A DNA stretch of 64,000 nucleotides, taken from positions 170,872,001 to 170,936,000 of the forward strand of contig NC_091289.1 in assembly GCF_032444005.1 (NCBI RefSeq), in the 5' to 3' direction. Source of the DNA: Ranitomeya imitator. Lineage: Eukaryota. Position numbers and translations under genes: made by a program. Within the stretch, counting starts at the first letter, position 1; each line of letters starts with the position of its first letter. Positions 25,349 through 38,958 of this stretch are shown here, in pieces. The notes beneath the pieces were generated by a model. It did not search any database and was not told the origin of the DNA. It worked only from the letters and a program-made list of their open reading frames with translations.

Positions 25349-26073
25349 AGGCCCCTTCACATTAAGCGACGCTGCAGCGATACCGACAACGATCCGGATC
25401 GCTGCAGCGTCGCTGTTTGGTCGCTGGAGAGCTGTCACACAGACCGCTCTCCAGCGACCAACGATGCCGGTAACCAGGGTAAACATCGGGTAACTAAGCG
25501 CAGGGCCGCGCTTAGTAACCCGATGTTTACCCTGGTTACCATGCTAAAAGTAAAAAAAAACAAACACTAGATACTTACCTACCGCTGTCTGTCCTCCAGC
25601 GCTGCGCTCTGCTTCTCTGCTCTCCTCCTGTACTGTCTGTGAGCCGGAAAGCAGAGCGGTGACGTCACCGCTCTGCTTTCCGGCTCACAGACAGTACAGG
25701 AGGAGTGCAGAGCACAGCGCTGGAGGACAGACGGCTGTAGGTAAGTATGTATTGTTTGTTTTTTTTTACTTTTAGGATGGTAACCAGGGTAAACATCGGG
25801 TTACTAAGCGCGGCCCTGTGCTTAGTTACCCGATGTTTACCCTGGTTACCAGTGAAGACATCGCTGGATCGGTGTCACACACACCGATCCAGCGATGTCA
25901 GCAGGAGTCCAGCGACGAAATAAAGTTCTGGACTTTCCTCAGCGACCAACGATCTCCCAGCAGGGGCCTGATCGTTGGTCGCTGTCACACATAACGATTT
26001 CATTAACGATATCGTTGCTACGTCACAAATAGCAACGATATCGTTAACGATATCGTTATGTGTGAAGGGGCCT
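25349..26073. mobile_element. 725-bp Harbinger-type palindromic MITE (copy 1)
   Basis: TAA TSD; TIR AGGCCCCTTCAC; interrupts the Tc1 transposase remnant. Confidence 0.88.
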
Positions 26074-26175
26074 TAAGCAACATTTCAGTGAGAGGTGCTC
26101 GTAGGATTGCTAGAGAGGCCAATCAGAACCCCCGCTTGATTGCAAAAGACCTTCACAAAGATTTAGCAGACTCTG

Positions 26176-26636
26176 GTGCATTGCCTCCCATCTTCTTGCG
26201 CCGCCGACCTCCTGCTTGCTTCACAGGCTCCCCGACATCGCGCTCCTGCGCAGGCGTACTTATGTGCCCTGTTGAGGGCAGAGCAAAGTACCGCAGTGTG
26301 CAGGTGCTGGGCCTCTATGACCTTTCTCGGCGCCTGCGCACTGCAGTACTTTGCTCTGCCCTCAACAGGGCAGATAAGTACGCCTGCGCCGGAGCGCGAT
26401 GCCGGGGAGCCGGTGAAGCAAGCAGGAGGGCGGCGGCGCAAGAAGATGGGAGGCGCCGGACCCGGACCTGCAACACCCATCGGACCAGACTGCCCCCCGG
26501 GTGAGTATAATAAAATTATTTTTCTTCTCTTTCAGGTCGGATTGGGGGCTTATAGCCAGCATCATAGAATGCTGTATATAAGCTCTGAAAGGCAGAGGAC
26601 GCATCTTATATAGGCCAAAACAGCTGACAGGTTCCT
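26176..26636. mobile_element. Partial Kolobok/T2-related element (right portion)
   Basis: Shares the CAGTACTTTGCTCTGCCCTCAACAGG core with 3786-4588; ends GACAGGTTCCT|TTAA. Confidence 0.7.
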
Positions 26637-27024
26637 TTAAATCTTCCACTTGCTTAACTGTTCACAATAACAAAAATTTTGGCCAGGGGTGCCCAAACAT
26701 TTATATGCCACTGTAGGCCATCGTAAGGAACAATTCCACTAGATTTGGAGGTGGATGTGGCCCCCTTACCTCTTGGGCCCCTGTGCAGCTGCACAGGTTA
26801 CACTAATGATATGTCCATTCCTGTCTCTCCCTGTAGGATTGGACAAGCTCCGTCTCATGGCAGAGTATCCTGGCACAATGCACAAGAAACTTTCTGGTAG
26901 TTCTGCTTTGCAGGAGACTTTGGGACACTTTTATGATCCATGAAAAATATACCATCTCTCTTCTTTTTCTGGTAGCCTCCTGACATTTCACCAGTTTTTT
27001 CTTAGGAACAGAATAAGAGCCAAC

Positions 27025-27078
27025 GTCAGCCTCTATGGTCAGCCTCTATTGTCAGCCTCTACGGTCAGCCTCTACGGT
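27025..27078. repeat. 13-bp tandem repeat, ~4 copies
   Basis: GTCAGCCTCTA(T/C)G. Confidence 0.8.
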
Positions 27079-28259
27079 AGGTATCCTTGCCTATGTGTCT
27101 CTATATTAACAGACTGTGAACAAACCGTGTTAAAGGCTAACCATGCAGACATGACACCTCACATCTGGCCATTGAACAACTGCAGGATCAGACTACACAA
27201 GGTTTACTTGTAGTCTGTAACCATGGAGACACAAAGGTTTACGTTTTACTCAACATGATATAATGGTTGTAAACAAGATAACAGTTTGCTCTTAAGATGC
27301 ATTGGAAAAACAAACTAGTTGGGAAGGTATATGTAGTCTTGAAAGGTCAAATGTCACCAAATTTCACAATACAAACTATAAAAATTCTTAAATGGATCTC
27401 TAAGACCCGATGTGGCTGGTGTACTTACTTCACAAGCCTACATCAGACTGGATCTTTAACCCTTTTTAAGGCTTTTCCTTGTTATGTTAAAATAGTAATT
27501 TTAGCATTTTAGGTGGGAAAACTTTGAACGAAAATTACACAGCCATCACACCATCGCATCAGGTACAGGAGATCTATTATGTAACATGTACAGTTTGTGC
27601 TGTGACATCTAGTGACAGATCTGTCACCAGGTTGAAAGTTTCCAGGTTTTTTTTGCCCTTATTTTATTCCCGCCACTCCCCTGAGTATACAAATTTTTTT
27701 GTCCTAAATCCACCATACGGTTCTAGACATATGGTCCTTTTTATTCAATGCTATTTTTTAAGCTTGTTATCAAGGAGAAGTTGTTCACAGGCTCCTCGGG
27801 GGCGTGTCTTCAGAATGTTCTGCATTATTACCCTATAAGCCACGCCCCCTTGTAAGGAGCATAAAAATTAGCACTAAATTAAAAGCCCCATATCTCTGAA
27901 ACTGTATGGTGGATTATAAAAAGTAAAAAATGGACTACTAAGGGGAGCAATGGGACTAAGATACGAGAAAAATACGGCCACTTTTGACCTGGTGACAGGT
28001 CCTATTTAAATAGCATGAGTATATATATGAGTATATATCACGTTTCTATTCTTTATACACTACCTTTCTCCTGAATTATCTCTGATAATAAACTTCCTTG
28101 TTTTCACTCCAGTTTAATATGATGTGCCTGTTAGATAAACTTCTACATACTTTCCACTTTACACGTCGTAATAATGTTTGACCTTGGAGTAAATGACATG
28201 AGGAATAATCTGTAGGAATAATTATGTAAAGTTCATCATTCAGTCTGCTAGAGACATAC

Positions 28260-28348
28260 CACTGCTTCTGGGGAAATTCAGGATTAGCCAGTGCAGAAGA
28301 TTTCTCTGAGAAAGGGACAGTTTCCATATCCACCGGGACAAATGTGAT
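28260..28348 (-). CDS. BSND: Barttin exon 2
   Basis: tttacag|ITFVPVDMET...QKQ TG|gtatgt; 89 nt, phase 2 as in human (ITFVP...). Confidence 0.9.
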
Positions 28349-28494
28349 CTGTAAAAATGTTACAGAAAAATATATATATATATAGAAATGCAAAAAAAAA
28401 AAAAAAAAAAGTAAAGCAATTTTAGTCTGACGGGTTTTTTTTGCTAGTAGTAAAAGTGCGATAAATTTTACAGTTAGGTTACAAAATCTAATCA

Positions 28495-28990
28495 TGCACA
28501 CAATGATATCACACCCCATGGATAATACACAGAGTGATGTCACAATACCGAGGTGGGAAACACAATGATGTCACAACAAAGAGATAATAAACACGGTGAT
28601 GTCACAGAACAGAGAGGTTATACAGTAGAGTGATGTCACAATACAGCAATCATCATTACAGCCGTACGATAATACAAACCGCGATGTCACGCACAAGAAA
28701 TAACAGACACGATGATGTCATAGTACATGGATAACAAACACTGCAAAGTCATACATATTAAAGTGATGTAGAATGGGAATAATGCACATGGTAATGTCAA
28801 ACGATGTGCTTAAACATATGACAGAACAGTGATAATGTCACATAAGTGGAATATCAAACAATGATGTGCCAGCGTATTGATAACGAAATGGTTATTATAC
28901 ACGCTAATTTAATAGTATAATAGGGAATTTTGCACACAGTGATGCCACATTATGTGCACAGTCAAGAAACTAGAATAATGTCACAGAAGA
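28495..28990. repeat. Degenerate ~30-bp tandem repeat in BSND intron 1
   Basis: Recurring GTGATGTCACA...ATAA(T/C)A units. Confidence 0.6.
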
Positions 28991-29374
28991 GTAACAGCAC
29001 CTTGATTATAAACACTGACTTTCTAAAAAAGAAAGTTTATTAATAATATTTTAATATATTTAACTTTATGGCATTTTTGGCCGTAATAACTCACCTGGCG
29101 TGATAATAACGTGTATATGTGCACAACGGTCTCTGAATCTTATTATAAGCTCATTTTTAACAACTTTGTGATGGGACACATCAGAGCGGCTAGCCTTCAC
29201 CAACTAGATCAGAGAGGATTGTAGAGGTAGCAAGGAAAACTGGTGAAGGACGCAGGATACAAGTTATACATATAATGGCCAGAAATGGTGTTATTCCCCA
29301 TGTTCACACACACAACAGCTTATTCTGAAGAGTCATCTGGAATAACGAAAAAATAGTATAAAGTGTCTCTATAA

Positions 29375-29548
29375 AGCTACTTTCACACATCAGGAAGTCA
29401 AAAATCCATGAGCATTAAAGAAGGACGGATCCTGCTAAATAACGGATCCGGCGCATCAGTTTTTCACAATTTGCGCCAGATCCGTTTTTTTTTTTACAAA
29501 TTGGCCGGATTTAGCCTGAACACAAAAAACTAATGTGTGAAACTAGCC
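29375..29548. mobile_element. Short Harbinger-type MITE
   Basis: TAA|AGCTACTTTCACACAT...ATGTGTGAAACTAGCC|TTA. Confidence 0.6.
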
Positions 29549-29668
29549 TTAGCTGTAATATTTAGAAATAAAAAAAAACCCTCTTCTAATATTACTCCTC
29601 ATCCCTAAAATCTTTAAACATGCAAGGAAACATGAAGAGCTGCATAGAAGAAGCGGCCATGCTCCTAC

Positions 29669-29845
29669 CTTGGGGTAGCACTGACAGATGCTCCAGGTGA
29701 TCCCTACAGACACCAGTAAGACCCCCACACAACAGAATGTGATGTATATCTGGGGTTTTTCCACACTCATAATGAACATGCCGATCATTATCAAGAAAAA
29801 TCCCAGGACGATGAGTCCGTAGCGGAATGTTTTATCCTCTGCCAT
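29669..29845 (-). CDS. BSND: Barttin exon 1 (two TM helices, CQC palmitoylation motif)
   Basis: 177 nt; MAEDKTFRYGLIVLGFFLIMIGMFIMS...WSICQCYPK|gtagga; matches human MADEKTFRIG...WSMCQCYPK. Confidence 0.96.
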
Positions 29846-30356
29846 ATCCTCCAGAAGAAAAAAAAAAGTTTCCTTGGGGGTTATTAAAAGCGAAGGCGTC
29901 CAGGTATGAAAGATGGAATTAAAGCGACAGGCGTCACAGAGCTCCTACTGTACTTGGTGATCTACTGCCCGTTCCACAATCAGACGTAGACCGGTCCTGA
30001 CCAAAGTTGATCCAGCCAGTTCTAAAAAGTATTGAAATGAATGCAAATAGTCTCCTGAAATTTCCACTCCAGCGATGCTGCCCGCCTCTGTTTCACCTTC
30101 CCTGGAGGTATAAATACCCAGGAATGTCTACACCTAGACCTGTTGTGTATATAAATGAATGACTGCGGACCTGTGCCGAGCCTGCCAGTGCCATACACCA
30201 TATTATATTGTACCCCTGTAAATCTTTACAGGAGCTTTCACCTTTTTTTTTTTAATTATGTATACATGTATACAATGCTATCAATTGGTATGTGCTTTAC
30301 CTGCTCCTGTGCTTTTGATGATACTTCTAAACTTATTTTTAGAATAATCTAATTAA

Positions 30357-30975
30357 CGGCAACCTGTCACCCCCAAAATCAAAGATGGGCTAAGCCCACC
30401 AGCATCAGGGGCTTATCTACAGCATTCTGGAATGATGTAGATAAGCCCCCGATGTATCCTGAAAGATGAGAAAAAGAGGTTAGATTATACTCACCTGGGG
30501 GGGCGGTCCGGTCCTATGGGCGTCGCAGTCCGGTCCGGGGCCTCCCATCTTCTAACGATGACGTCCTCTTCTTGTCATCGCGCTGCGGCTCTGGCACAGG
30601 TGTACTCTGTCTGTCCTGTTGAGGGCAGAGCAAAGTACTGCAGTGCGCAGGTACCGGGCCTCTCTGACCTTTCCCGGTGCCTGCGCACAGCAGTACTTTG
30701 CTCTGCCCTCAACATGGTAGACAAAGTACGCCTACGCCGGAGCCGCAGCATGAATACAAGAAGAGGACATCATTGTAAAAAGATTGGAGGCCCCGGACCG
30801 GACCGAGTCACCCATCGGACCGGACCGCGACGCCCAGGTGAGTATGATCTAACCTCTTTTTCTCCTCTTTAAGGTTACATCGGGGGCTCATCTACAGCAT
30901 TACAGAATCCTGTAGATAAGCCCCTGATGCTGGTGGGCTCAGCTCATCTTCGATTTTGGGGGTGCCAGGTTCCTT
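30357..30975. mobile_element. Kolobok/T2-type MITE, same family as 3786-4588
   Basis: TTAA flanks; AACCTGTCACCCCCAAAATC...GATTTTGGGGGTGCCAGGTT; lies about 0.5 kb upstream of the BSND ATG. Confidence 0.85.
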
Positions 30976-32937
30976 TTAAAGCCAATTTTGCGCGTTTAAT
31001 GGGGGGTACGTGTGCGGTCGGTCATTTTTGATGATAGAACATGGACCTATTATAATCAATATGCTTTTTCAGGTGTTTTTTCTTTGGGGACCAATTGTCT
31101 CCCTCAAATTTTTTATTTTTTTTTAAATGAAGACATGTATTACTTTATCCATGTTGAGGATCAAACTCTCCAATGGCCACATTGAAAAAAAGAATGGATA
31201 ACACACAGATGTCATCGGAGTGCTTCTGTATTTTACGGGATCTGCACTTTTCGAGGTGTCATACTAGTGCTTCTATATTTCTATGGAGTCATGCTAGTTC
31301 TGATGGTTACAGATAACACAATACGCTTGATGGTTGCAATTCCCATTTGGGCGTACAATACACTTGATAGTGGAAAAACTTTACTTTTTGTTGTTCACAC
31401 TTTCACAGTCCTCTATCGGGGACCAAGACTCAACTGAAAATCCGGTTGTGCCAAAACTGCCTGCAAGCTTTTGTCTCTGGGAAGCTAGCCCTCTTTTACA
31501 GTCTGCCGAGCAGCCCTGTTTATGCGGAGGCCAGCATCTCCGTGGGTCCTCGCAGCTGCCAGGTCACAGCCTTCATAGAATTGAATTGCCTGTTGATGCG
31601 GCTCTGCAAACATGTGCATCACCCAATGGTCCGCATGATGAGAGTAAGGTCCTGCATCAATGCGTCAGTCAGTGACGTCATATCTACACATACCTGCTGG
31701 ACTGCACACATGGTCGCCGGGCATCATCCATGGGTCGTATTCTAATGACTGCATCAGGGGCATGATCAGCACTGTGAACACGTCCCTTCAGGTACGGGTA
31801 GATGCAATGTCATCGGGGGTACTCATCTCCCAATGTGGAGGTTGAGTTTCAGCGGATGACCCTTTTTTACTTACCGTAACACGTAAGGGACAGTTGGCCT
31901 ATGTACCAAGAGCCAGTTGGGGGTAACACTCTCCCTTTGGATTCCACCGGTTCACTGGCTTAACTGGACTGGAACTAATAGGCCACTTATTAGACCAAAA
32001 TAAGACCCCTAGGAAGACTCGCCTCTGCCCCTTCTACCAATGTATAGCCCAGCGTCCTGGCACCAAAATCCATACAGCTATGTCAGTGCCGGGCTCTTCC
32101 TGGGCGTGTGGCATGACCTGGCAACTATTCCTGCAAGTAGGCAGCCAGGAAACTATCATTCATGCTGCCCACTGATGTGACAGGGTATGGCGGAGCACTA
32201 CATGTACCAGCCGAATACACACAGGAAAAAAAGGTGCAATGTCAACATAGGGTACAAAGTAACACAACATATACATAACATACACTAGACGTCTTCAACG
32301 ATATATTTAAAAAAATAAACAAATAAAAAAAAAAAAGCTCCAAAGAAAGAAATTGTAAATTGATAATGATAAGGGGAAGATGAGGTTTGCTCTTTTCTAA
32401 TGTTACATTCTGGTATTTAGCAGGCTGCCTGTGGCCACTGGTCACACACTTGCATACCATTTTGTACACATAATTCTCCGATCTCTTTCCCATCCTAATC
32501 CGTTCCTTTTCTATAAAACATGAAAAAAAATTCCCATTAAAACTGAAAAGATGATTCTTACCTAAGTTTATTGTCCATTATTTCCTATACAAAATCAGCA
32601 GCAAATCCACCACATTAACAATGGCGGACATCGCTATACGTCAGTGCAATTAACAATTTCTCATTTTCTGGGGTTAAATTATATTTCGCTTCTGGATATT
32701 TCTAAGAGGATTTTCTGTGGCCAACACTGAGCTATAGTATAAGGATTCGTGATGTGACCTGAAGAATAAATGCACTCGTAAAAATTCTAAGGACACTCTG
32801 GATTTCCAAGTATTGACCTTCAGCCACAACCAGGCGTTTAGATCAGGCTGACTGGTCACAGAATCACTCCTGGTATTGGAAATTTCACTGGACACAGCAC
32901 AAAAAAGCTGTACATATTACACAGTGAGATTTATGTG

Positions 32938-33204
32938 TAGTGATGAGTGAACGTGTTGGGATAAGGCGTCTTTGGCATGCTCGAAAAATATGTCCGAGTC
33001 CCTGCGGCTGCTGTTCGACAGCTGCAACACGTGCATGGACTCCCTGTTTGTTAGGCAATTCCTCCATGCGTTGCGGCTGTTGAATAGCCGTGAGACGTGC
33101 AGCTGCAGGGACTCGAACATATTTTTCGAGCAGGCCAAAGTCACTTGGTTAGCACCTGAGCATGCTGAGATAACACCTTATCAGAGCACCTTCGTTCATC
33201 ACTA
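32938..33204. mobile_element. hAT-type MITE, same family as 6758-7067
   Basis: TAGTGATGAGTGAACG...TTCGTTCATCACTA; TSD not preserved. Confidence 0.75.
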
Positions 33205-33914
33205 TTGCTCAAAATATTTTTCTTTTGCATAAACCCTATTTATACATTGAGCCACAACCATTACCTGCGATTGACGTTGTGTGGAGCAGTTAACGTGAAC
33301 GCTTTCTTTTGTTTCCCGATAACTCCACTGTTGTCACCATAAATAGTGAACATGACAGCACTTTGTCCGCAGCAGGTCCTGTTTATTGAGTATAAATACA
33401 GGTGATTATCGCAGACACTCCTTCAGCTGTCACATCCACAAAGAGTCATTCCAGGAAAGGTGATGGGCGTTGGAGAAGTCCTGAGTCAAAACCTGACCGA
33501 TCACCCCTAATATACATATTCAGCCAGATCTCTGACGCCGCTCGTCTCCGGGGGTAAGAAGATTTAGCTTTTCGAATGCTGGTTTCCAGTAAGGAGGAGA
33601 CAGGTGGCAGTCATTCATTGGAAAATCTGGTTCTGTAGTGTTGGAGATGCAACAGCCTTGGAGGTTTCCAGTAAACAAATAAGATTGTATAAGGTGGTTG
33701 AGACAGGGATTGCTACCCGAGACACTAGGGTTTGTAGTGAACCCCTCTGAGAAATTGCGTCATTAATGCAGAACTCAAACGTTACTCCAAGAAGGGAACA
33801 CGCTTTCTGGTTACAGTCACTGTGGGCGCAGAAACTTGGTGGTTTCATAAGACAAGTTCTCATATAGCTAAATTATATGTAGCCGTGGTTGGCTACATAT
33901 CAGTTTTAGCCTTA

Positions 33915-34274
33915 GGCCGGCATCACACTAGCGTGTTTTACAGACGTAAGAGAGGTGCTGAAAATACGGATTGCATACGGTACAATGCTTCTCTATGCCC
34001 CAGCTCCTATCAGTCGTATTTTACTGATCCGTATTATACGGTGTTCTACGGCCATAGAAAAATGCAGCATGCTGCGTTTGTCACCGTATTGCGCAAAAAA
34101 TACGCCAATGGGGGCCAGAAAAAATACGGATTACACACGGACCAGCACTGTGACTTGCGAGAAATACGCAGCGGTGTTCTATAGAAAAGCCGGCAATTCA
34201 GTGCGGTGTAGAGTAAAACCACACTGACAGGTTAGAATAGAATAGCTAACATAAATGTCTACACATAGTATAGT

Positions 34275-34328
<54 letters not shown>

Positions 34329-36427
34329 TAAGACACATATATGTATATATATTAATATTTCATACAGCGCTAGATAGCTTAAAAGCCGGTAATTCAATTG
34401 CCGGCTTTTCCTATCTCCTTCACAAACCCGACAGGATATGAGACATGGTTTACATACAGTAAACCATCTCATATCCCTTTTTTTTTTTGCATATTCCACA
34501 CTACTAATGTTAGTAGTGTGTATGTGCAAAATTTGGGCACTCTACCTATTAAATTAAAGGGTTAAATCGTGGAAAAAATTGGCGTGGGCTCCCGCGCAAT
34601 TTTCTCCGCCAGAATGGTAAAGCCAGTGACTGAGGGCAGATATTAATAGCCTGGAGAGGGTCCATAGTTATTGCCCCCCCCTGGAGAGAAACATCTGCCC
34701 CCAGCCACCCCAGAAAAGGCACATCTGGAAGATGCGCCTATTCTGGCACTTGGCCACTCTCTTCCCATTCCCGTGTAGCAGTGGGATATGGGGTAATGAA
34801 GGGTTAATGTCACCTTGCTATTGTAAGCTGACATTAAGCCAGATTAATAATGGAGAGGCGTCAATTATGACACCTATCCATTATTAATCCAATAGTATGA
34901 AATGGTTAAAAAACACACGCACACATTATTACAAAGTATTTTAATGAAATAAATACACAGGTTTTTGTAATATTTTATTATACTGGTAATCCACCTGAAG
35001 ACCCTCGTTCTGTAAAAAAGGTAAAATAAAAAAACAACAATATCCCATACCTTCCGTTGCTCTGTCACATCCCACAATGTAAATCCATCTGAAGGGGTTA
35101 ACTAATTTTACAAGCAGAAGCTCTGCTAATGCAGCTGTGCTCCTGCCTGTAAAAACCTGGCGAATGAATGGAATGTAGGTGAATGACCTGTAGTTACCTT
35201 CAGTCGTGGTGATGCGCGTGGATGTCCTCATATGAACTCGAGCCTGGGAACTTTTCAGAATATTTTCCCACGCTCGAGTTCATATGAGGACATCCAGCAG
35301 AGGGCGCATCACCACGACTGAAGGTAACTACAGGTCATTGACCTACATTCCATTCATTCGCCGGGTTTTTACAGGCAGAAGCACAGCTGCATTAGCAGAG
35401 CTTCTGCTTGTAAAATTAGTTAACCCCTTCAGATGGATTTACATCGTGGGACGTGACAGAACGACGGAAGGTATGGGATATTGTTGTTTTTTTATTTTAC
35501 CTTTTTTACAGAACGAGGGTCTTCAGGTGGATTACCAGTATAATAAAATATTACAAAAACCTGTGTATTTATAATGGATAGGTGTCATAATTGACGCCTC
35601 TCCATTGTTAATGTGGCTTAATGTCACCTTACAATAGCAAGGTGACATTAACCCTTCATTACCCCATATCCCACTGCTACACAGGAATGGGAAGAGAGTG
35701 GCCAAGTGCCAGAATAGGCCTTTTCTTGGGTGGCTGGGGGCAGATGTTTTTAGCCGGTGGGGGGGAGGGGAGGGCAATAACCATGGACCCTCTCCAGGCT
35801 ATTAATATCTCTCCTCAGTCACTGGCTTTACCATTCTGGTGGAGAAAATTGCGCGGGAGCCCACGCCAATTTTTTCCGTGATTTAACCCTTTAATTTAAT
35901 AGCTAGAGCGCCCAAATTTTGCACATACACACTACTAACATTACTAGTGTGGAATAAGCAAAAAAAAGGGATATGAGATGGTTTACTGTATGTAAACCAT
36001 GTCCCATATCATGTTGGGTTTGAGAAGGAGATAGGAAAAGCCGGCAATTGAATTACCGGCTTTTAAGCTATTTAGCGCTGTATGTTATATTAATATACCG
36101 GCTTTTAAGCTATTTAGCGCTGTATGATATATATATATATATCATATATATGTGTCACTGACATATATATATATAGACAGTATATATGTTTTTACGATTT
36201 TTTGAGCACATGGATCCATTGTATGTCCGTATGCCGGTTTCGCAAGCCTGCGAGAAAATCTTGCAGTATGAATGCCATACGGATTACATACGGAGGATGC
36301 CATGCGCAAAATACGCTGCCACACCCTGCCTACGGATGACATATGGATCACTATTTTGGGGACTTTTCTGAGTATTACGGCCGTAAATAGCGGACCATAT
36401 TTTTATACGCTGAGTGTGAGGCCTGCC
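33915..36427. mobile_element. 2.5-kb foldback-like Harbinger-type element with very long inverted arms
   Basis: TTA TSD; termini GGCCGGCATCACACTAGCG / CGCTGAGTGTGAGGCCTGCC; ~34360-35260 is the reverse complement of ~35280-36080; (TA)n at 34278-34326. Confidence 0.8.
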
Positions 36428-36619
36428 TTATAGAGGAAAGAAGGGTCATTGCCGCACAGTCTGTACAGCAAAGGTAAAATCTCTCTGGCTCTCATTTCTC
36501 TGGTATAATGGCAGCTCTTGCCATCTAGCACTTTGATTCCAGGAACTCTGTGCCTGCTCTGCTTGGCCCATTTACTGGCCAGTGTGAACATGCTCCTATA
36601 CATTACATGCACACCAACG

Positions 36620-37895
36620 TATACTCTGACTCATTTTTATCCTGGATCTCATCATACCTAACAGACCGGACATTCAGCATCTCCCACTCACACACCACCT
36701 CCTCACCTCGCCCCCTATCTGTCGGAGTCCCACAAGGTTCAGTCCTAGGGCCTCTGCTCTTCTCCATCTACACCTTTGGCTTGGGACAGCTCATAGAATC
36801 TCACGGCTTTCAGTATCACCTCTATGCTGACGACACACAGATCTACATCTCTGGACCAGATATCACCTCCCTACTAACCAGAATCCCTCAATGTCTGTCC
36901 GCTATTTCATCCTTCTTCTCCGCTAGATTTCTGAAACTTAACATGGACAAAACAGAATTCATCATCTTTCCCCCATCTCACGCGACCCCCCCAACGAACC
37001 TATCCATTACAGTAAATGGCTGCCCACTCTCCCCAGTCCCACAAGCTCGCTGCCTCGGGGTAATCCTTGACGCTGATCTCTCCTTCAAACCACATATCCA
37101 AGCCCTTTCCACTTCCTGCCGACTTCAACTCAAAAATATTTCACAAATCTGTTCATTCCTCAACCACGAATCTGCAAAAACCCTTGTGCATGCCCTCATC
37201 ATCTCTCGCCTTGACTACTGCAACCTCCTGCTCTCTGGCCTCCCCTCGAACACTCTCACACCCTCCAATCCATCCTACACTCTGCTGCCTGACTAATCCA
37301 CCTGTCCCCCCGCTATTCCCCGGCCTCTCCCCTCTGTCAATCCCTTCACTGGCTCCCCATTGCCCAGAGACTCCAGTACAAAACCCTAACCATGACGTAC
37401 AAAGCGATCCGCAACCTGTCTCCTCCATACATCTGTGACCTCGTCTCCTGGGACTTTCCTACATGGAACCTCCGATCCTCACAAGATCTCCTTCTCTACT
37501 CCCCTCTTATCTCCTCTTCCCACAATCGTATACAAGATTTCTCTCGCGCATCACCCCTACTCGGGAACTCTCTACCACAACATATCAGGCTCTCACCTAC
37601 CATCGAAACCTTCAAAAAGAACCTGAAGACCTACCTCTTCCGACAAGCCTACAACCTGCAGTAACCACCGATCGACCAAACCGCTGCATGACCATCTCTA
37701 TCCTCACCTTCTGTATCCTCACCCATCCCTTGTAGATTGTGAGCCTTCATGGGCAGGGTCCTCTCTCCTCCTGTATCAGTTATGACTTGTATTGTTCAAG
37801 ATTATTGTACTAGTTTTTATTATGTATACCCCTCCTCACATGTAAAGCGCCTTGGAATAAATGGCGCTATAACAATAAATAATAATAATAATAAC
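36620..37895 (+). mobile_element. 5'-truncated L2-clade LINE (reverse transcriptase C-half, 3' UTR and (AAT)n tail)
   Basis: [46 protein letters not shown] motifs; frameshift near 37260 and an in-frame TGA. Confidence 0.93.
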
Positions 37896-38958
37896 TTTTC
37901 TAGTTTTTTCATTAGGTTTTCGTGCTCAGTACAAACAAGGACATGGTCTCCCTTTCTTTGAGCTGGGCATTACGTTTCTATAGCTTCCTCCGGCTGGGTG
38001 TCCATAGCTGGGTTCAGTCCTCATTCACATTGAGGTCATTTTTGATACATGGTAAGGTTTTAATACTAGAGACCGTATAGGACCATCCTGATTTGGGTAC
38101 TCCTCAACGTGGTGGAATGGCTTTTACACTTATTTTTTAATTAAAAAAGAAACAGGAGTTACTAAGTACTCCATGTTGGTTAAATGTACTATTACCTTTT
38201 GCTTACGTACAACAAGGTATTTGCCCATTTTATTTCTATCTTAGGTTTAGAAAGATTAATCCGCATGAGTTTTCCAGCGTCAAAAAATTATGGATTTATC
38301 TAATTTATTTTATGGACATGGGGGATTGCTCAGGCATTTGTCTACAGTTGGCAGCCCTAATGTGCATGCAGGAGCTGTGACCTAATCTCGCCAAACCACG
38401 AGAAATATGAGTTTTCTAGGGTCAAAAAACATCTGAAAATTCCTGTAAAGTCTGTACAATTGAGAGGTATGTTTTGCCATCTCCATCATGATATAAATCC
38501 CCCACCCTCCGAAATGCTGCGGTGTCTAACAGGGTCGAAAGGCTACTTTGACCGAGATAAAGAATGGGGAATTTAATTGAAAAAAAAAAAAACTGTACTC
38601 ATCTCCTGTCCCCTCCTCTACCCATTTATGCCAGGAGATATCGCAGGACACAGCCAGTGCAGAGGAGCTGCAGCCATCCAAGAGGTGAGTATAGAATTTT
38701 TTGTTTCTGCAATTTCCTGTACATACTAACTTTTAAAGCATGATAAATCCCTTTAAGTATTTTAAAATTGTATGCATTGTTTCCATTTTCATTTGGCATA
38801 AGATATGATGAATTTCTGACAGCTCTGAATTAAATTGCTTCAGTTAAAAATAAAGAATAATGCTATAATTCTGGTCATTCAGAGTCAGAAGCAACTTGTA
38901 CTTAGGGCGAACTAGAGATCTCCATAGACAAAGAACTATAGGGGTACTTAACCTAAGA

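Larger units (their letters stand above)
24834..26713 (+). mobile_element. Internally deleted Tc1 element in BSND intron 2 carrying nested elements
   Basis: TA|CAGTGGCATGTAAAAGTTTGGACACCCC...GGGGTGCCCAAACATTTATATGCCACTG|TA; remnant transposase VEVKIRSERLSNISVRGARRIAREANQNPRLIAKDLHKDLADSG. Confidence 0.8.

Noticed and set aside
32674-32895. Candidate TMEM61 exon
   Set aside because: Only a few matching residues, no hydrophobic TM segment and no convincing splice sites; not called as a feature
34643-35881. Paired similar ORFs on opposite strands (MRTS..., MS(A/P)YNSKV...)
   Set aside because: A consequence of the long inverted repeat; no protein-family features
36550-37664. Functional reverse transcriptase or domesticated gene
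   Set aside because: 5'-truncated, frameshifted and containing a stop; an ordinary L2 copy
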